Positions 60,651 to 64,000 of a stretch of DNA of 64,000 bases are shown here, piece by piece. The stretch is from assembly GCA_046539845.1 (NCBI GenBank), contig JBKHGE010000006.1, positions 1 through 64,000 on the forward strand, in the 5' to 3' direction. Position 1 is the stretch's first letter, and each line of letters starts with the position of its first letter. Under the pieces are notes generated by a model. It was not told where the DNA came from. It made no database searches and saw nothing but the letters and a program-made list of their open reading frames with translations. A program made the position numbers and the translations under genes. This DNA comes from Desulfonatronovibrionaceae bacterium (GTDB lineage Bacteria > Desulfobacterota > Desulfovibrionia > Desulfovibrionales > Desulfonatronovibrionaceae).

Positions 60651-60904
60651 TAAGCAGCCCCCTTTTCAGGTAGTTTGTTCGAAACAGTCTCGGCCCGGGT
60701 TTAAAAAACAGTCCTGGACATTTGCACCTGCCTGCATATACAAATGTGCCCCTCCGGCCCGGGAAGGCCGGAGCCCAAACGGCCCACAAAAAATACCCGT
60801 TACCGATTATAAAAAGTCAACCGCATCCAGCAGGCTGTTAACTCTTACAGAGATCCTGTCCTATAGGAAGCGGAATTAAAAGTTGTCAAGAAGGACCATT
60901 GCGG

Positions 60905-61885
60905 ATGGACAAAAAAATCCACCCTGCAGCCGGGCTTATCCGACTCCTGCCGGAGGAAATCCACTGCCAGTGCCCCTGGATACTCTGGCCCGGGCAGGCA
61001 CAGGAAACACTTGTCCGCTCCCTGCAGGAGCAGGGACAATTACAGCCGGTGCTTGTCACCGGCCGAAGACAGCCACTGCTTGTCGCCGGATATCGCCGCG
61101 TGCAGGCCCTGAAAAAGCTGCAAAAAGATGTCCTCGCCCTGCGGGTGGAGCTTTGCGTACCCGAGCGTGCCCTGGCCTATGTCCAAAGCAACTGCGACCG
61201 GAAGCCGACCCCGGAGGAGAAGGCCGCTGCCCTGCGCTACTGCCGGGGAAAAGACGCCCTTTTGCCCAGGATGTATTCCGCTTTGGGCATTGCCTTTGAC
61301 TCCCGCGAGCATATACTGTGGCAGAGCTGGCTCGAGCTGGAGGACAAATGGGACCGGCCCTTGGGAAAAAACCGGATCCCCCTCCAGGCGGGTATATCCT
61401 TGGCACAAATGTCCCCCTCGGATCGCGAGGCCATGCTCGTATTCTTTGATTCTCTTTCCTGGTCCAAAAATAACGCTTTGACTCTGATCCGCCTAATCCG
61501 GGAAACCGCCCAGATGCGGGGGATAAGCCCCGCAGAGGTGATCCGGGTCAACAGGCTGAGCGCACCGCTTTATCAGGATTTGTCTCCGAAAGACACCATC
61601 GCCCGGATAATGCACAGACTGCAATCGGCCCATTCCCCGCATCTGACCTCATTTCGGGACAGGAAAAACGCCCTGTGTCGGGAGCTGACCGCTGGCACGG
61701 ACTGGAAAGCGGTGCACGAAAAAGACCTGGAGTCAGCCGAGCTTGTCTTTTCTGCCCGGGTCGATTCCCCCGCCCGACTGCAAAAGCTGGCCCGGGAGCT
61801 GGCCGATCTCTCCGAGTCCGGGGGATTCGAGAAATGGCTGGCCCTGCGGAACAGCTTTCTCGGGCCGGACAAAAACGGATCCTGA
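60905..61885 (+). CDS. ParB/Srx N-terminal domain protein
   Basis: L..SL...GQLQPVLV......LVAGYRR..AL, then N..R..T..E. Helical C-terminal part. No parA neighbour. Confidence 0.78.
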   Translation: MDKKIHPAAGLIRLLPEEIHCQCPWILWPGQAQETLVRSLQEQGQLQPVLVTGRRQPLLVAGYRRVQALKKLQKDVLALRVELCVPERALAYVQSNCDRKPTPEEKAAALRYCRGKDALLPRMYSALGIAFDSREHILWQSWLELEDKWDRPLGKNRIPLQAGISLAQMSPSDREAMLVFFDSLSWSKNNALTLIRLIRETAQMRGISPAEVIRVNRLSAPLYQDLSPKDTIARIMHRLQSAHSPHLTSFRDRKNALCRELTAGTDWKAVHEKDLESAELVFSARVDSPARLQKLARELADLSESGGFEKWLALRNSFLGPDKNGS

Positions 61886-61887
61886 CT

Positions 61888-62976
61888 ATGTACGGCCCAA
61901 AAGATTCGGCCCCATACCTGCGGGAGATAAACCGCGTGCTCATTGACCCGGGGATGGAACATACCCCGGTGGCCAAAAGGGTGCGGGAAAGGCTGCCCCA
62001 CTGCCGGGTACACTTCCTCGAACCGGGCGAAGACCCGGAGTTGGATGCGACCACCCTGTATCTCAAGGAGTACAAAGGCAGGTTTCTGCGCTTTTGCCCG
62101 GGGACCAGACATTACCGCTGCTGCGGGTACCGCATAATCCATATGGGCGAAAACTGCCCCCTGGACTGCACCTACTGCATCCTGGACAGCTATTTCCAGG
62201 ACCCCGCCCTCAAAGTCTGGGCCAACCAGGCCGACTTATTCGCGGAACTGGAAAAGGCATTCGCCGCCAATCCCGAGCATTTGTTCCGGGTTGGGACCGG
62301 GGAGTTCACAGATTCTTTGGTCCTGGAACCCTTGACCGCATACAGCCGCGATTTGGTGGAGTTCTTGGTCCAATTCCCCAATGTCTGCCTGGAACTCAAA
62401 TCCAAAGTGGCGGACTTGAGTTGGATGGAAGCGGTCCGGGACCCCGGACGTGTACTCCCGGCCTGGTCTTTGAACAGCCCGGAGATAAGCCAAGAGCACG
62501 AAAAAAAAGCAGACAGCCTAGAATCCCGGCTCTGTGCAGCCAAAGAATGCGCTGATCGCGGCTTACGGATCTGTCTGCACTTTGATCCCATAATCCATTA
62601 TCCGGGCTGGGAAAAGGGCTACGCCCAGACGATCGAGATGATCTTCGACTACCTAAGGCCCAAGGAAATCGCCTACTTGAGCTTGGGGTCTTTCCGATGC
62701 ATGCCGGAACTCAAAAATGAGATCCGCAGGCGCCGGCCGGACTGTACCTTTATCTACAACCAATTCGTAAGCGGACTGGACGGCAAAAGCAGGCTTTTCC
62801 TTCCCCTTCGCCTGGAGCAATTCAGGTTCATGATCGACCGCTTGCGGGCAAGGGGGTTGGATCAGCAGATTTATTTGTGTATGGAATCAGACACGGTGTG
62901 GAAGAAGACCCTGGGCTATACCCCCCGGGATCTGGGCGGTCTGGACCACCACCTTTTGCACCAGGCGTTCAGCTGA
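61888..62976 (+). CDS. spore photoproduct lyase-like radical SAM protein
   Basis: NCPLDCTYC (CxxxCxxC), G.GEFTDSL.LE, LELKSK, WSLN, SL..RL.AA, HFDPII and YLCME motifs. Starts 2 nt after the ParB-like stop. Confidence 0.88.
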   Translation: MYGPKDSAPYLREINRVLIDPGMEHTPVAKRVRERLPHCRVHFLEPGEDPELDATTLYLKEYKGRFLRFCPGTRHYRCCGYRIIHMGENCPLDCTYCILDSYFQDPALKVWANQADLFAELEKAFAANPEHLFRVGTGEFTDSLVLEPLTAYSRDLVEFLVQFPNVCLELKSKVADLSWMEAVRDPGRVLPAWSLNSPEISQEHEKKADSLESRLCAAKECADRGLRICLHFDPIIHYPGWEKGYAQTIEMIFDYLRPKEIAYLSLGSFRCMPELKNEIRRRRPDCTFIYNQFVSGLDGKSRLFLPLRLEQFRFMIDRLRARGLDQQIYLCMESDTVWKKTLGYTPRDLGGLDHHLLHQAFS

Positions 62977-62985
62977 GCCAACAAT

Positions 62986-63534
62986 CTACTCCTCACCACC
63001 CACACCCGGACCGAACAGCCCTTTCAGGTTCGGGGCGTTGTATTTGGGGCAGCTGTCTTTTAAATAACACAGCTCACAACCTCCCCGGTACGGGTAGTAG
63101 GTCAGCGTGGAGTATTTATAGTTGAGCGCCCCGGCATTGGAAAATTCCAAGTCCACTTGGGCCAGGGATCTCTTGAGATGCTTGTTCGGCTTGGGCACCG
63201 GAGCGCATTGATGGGTCTCCAACTCCGGAAGCAACTGGCGCAGTGCGCCCATTATAAGCGTCTGGGCCAGGCATTGGTATTTGAACCCCTCTGACGGGCT
63301 GCTTTCCCAGGCCCTTTCCAGCTCGTCTTCGATGTCCCGGGCCAAATACGCGGCCACGTAACCCTTTTTTTCACCTAGCCGGTAGACTTCAAGATTAGCG
63401 GACATCCTCTCCCAGGCCTGGATAAGTCCCACGGTCTCCCCGCCTTCCAGTCCCTTTGACTGGGACAGGACCATATACATTTCCAAATCCAAAGGCGGGT
63501 GTATAGCCAGTTTATTCACTGCAAGCAGGGCCAT
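62986..63534 (-). CDS. hypothetical protein with C-terminal CxxCx5CP motif
   Basis: ATG 63534 with AAGGA upstream. CAPVP and GGCELCYLKDSCP motifs. Weak resemblance to MetH activation-domain-like proteins. Confidence 0.7.
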   Translation of the reverse strand: MALLAVNKLAIHPPLDLEMYMVLSQSKGLEGGETVGLIQAWERMSANLEVYRLGEKKGYVAAYLARDIEDELERAWESSPSEGFKYQCLAQTLIMGALRQLLPELETHQCAPVPKPNKHLKRSLAQVDLEFSNAGALNYKYSTLTYYPYRGGCELCYLKDSCPKYNAPNLKGLFGPGVGGEE

Positions 63535-63822
63535 TTTATCTATCCTTACATTCGCTCTTGAGTTTGCCCCTAAAGCGGTTTTTCCAAAACAGCGGACCAA
63601 ATGACCTGCTCCGGAAAAGGGCACGTCCGCTTTGACTCTGCCGCTTACCGGAAACCGCTTTATTGCACAAGTGTTAAGTGTTCACCGGTCCTTTGCGGCC
63701 GGGACCGGGTCTGAAAGCTTGCCTCCGGAGAAATAATGCCTTAAACTTTACTTTTCAACAGGGCGGTCGGGCATAAATCCGCCTCCGCAAATCCAGGCAC
63801 GTCAATCCCAAAAGGTAGAGGT

Positions 63823-64000
63823 ATGAACTCCCACAGCAAGAAAGGTTCCACCACCACGGAACTCGATCAGCTGGAATCCGATCTGGTCTCCCTGATCAAC
63901 CGCAGGATCCGTCTGCTTGGAAACATCTCCCGCAAACGCGCGGAGCGCCGGGAGAGCTTTACCGATACCCAGTTGGAAAAGGAATTGTGGAAAAAATGGA
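63823..64000 (+). CDS. 5' part of a protein with a chorismate-mutase-like N-terminal helix (runs off window)
   Basis: GAGG RBS, then MNSHSKKGSTTTELDQLESDLVSLINRRIRLL, which resembles the AroQ pattern ID.ID..L..LL..R..L. Confidence 0.55.
   Translation, partial: MNSHSKKGSTTTELDQLESDLVSLINRRIRLLGNISRKRAERRESFTDTQLEKELWKKW

Overview
This is a GC-rich, gene-dense stretch of chromosome. Gene content and order suggest a sulfate-reducing deltaproteobacterium of the order Desulfovibrionales; this is an inference, not a database result. Most of the window is housekeeping: topA, truA, gltX, rpmB/yceD/rpmF-plsX-fabH-fabG-acpP-fabF-glyA, the rib operon-nusB, leuS-lptE, infA, rnj and an EF-G paralogue. 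I found no tRNA, rRNA, CRISPR array or intact mobile element. The standout feature is a 13-gene complex-I-like operon (11431-22956). It has no NADH-input module (no nuoEFG) and encodes FOUR antiporter-like subunits. Its NuoL-like subunit has a lateral helix apparently lengthened by one 26-residue period and an Asn in place of the TM7 lysine. The second candidate system is a ParB/Srx-domain protein coupled to a spore-photoproduct-lyase-like radical SAM enzyme in which the canonical radical-relay residues appear substituted. Other points of interest are: a DUF294 nucleotidyltransferase/DUF485/ActP/AcuB acetate module; a glutaredoxin-FTR-NifU redox module; an EF-G2 lacking the catalytic His; a YitT-SAM hydrolase-cobS operon; gene debris upstream of topA (truncated nitroreductase and higA); a palindromic element with two mutually exclusive hairpins after topA; structured leaders for moeA and fliJ; and several real small genes missing from the ORF track (rpmF, a symporter accessory protein). 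All family assignments come from motif recognition by eye.
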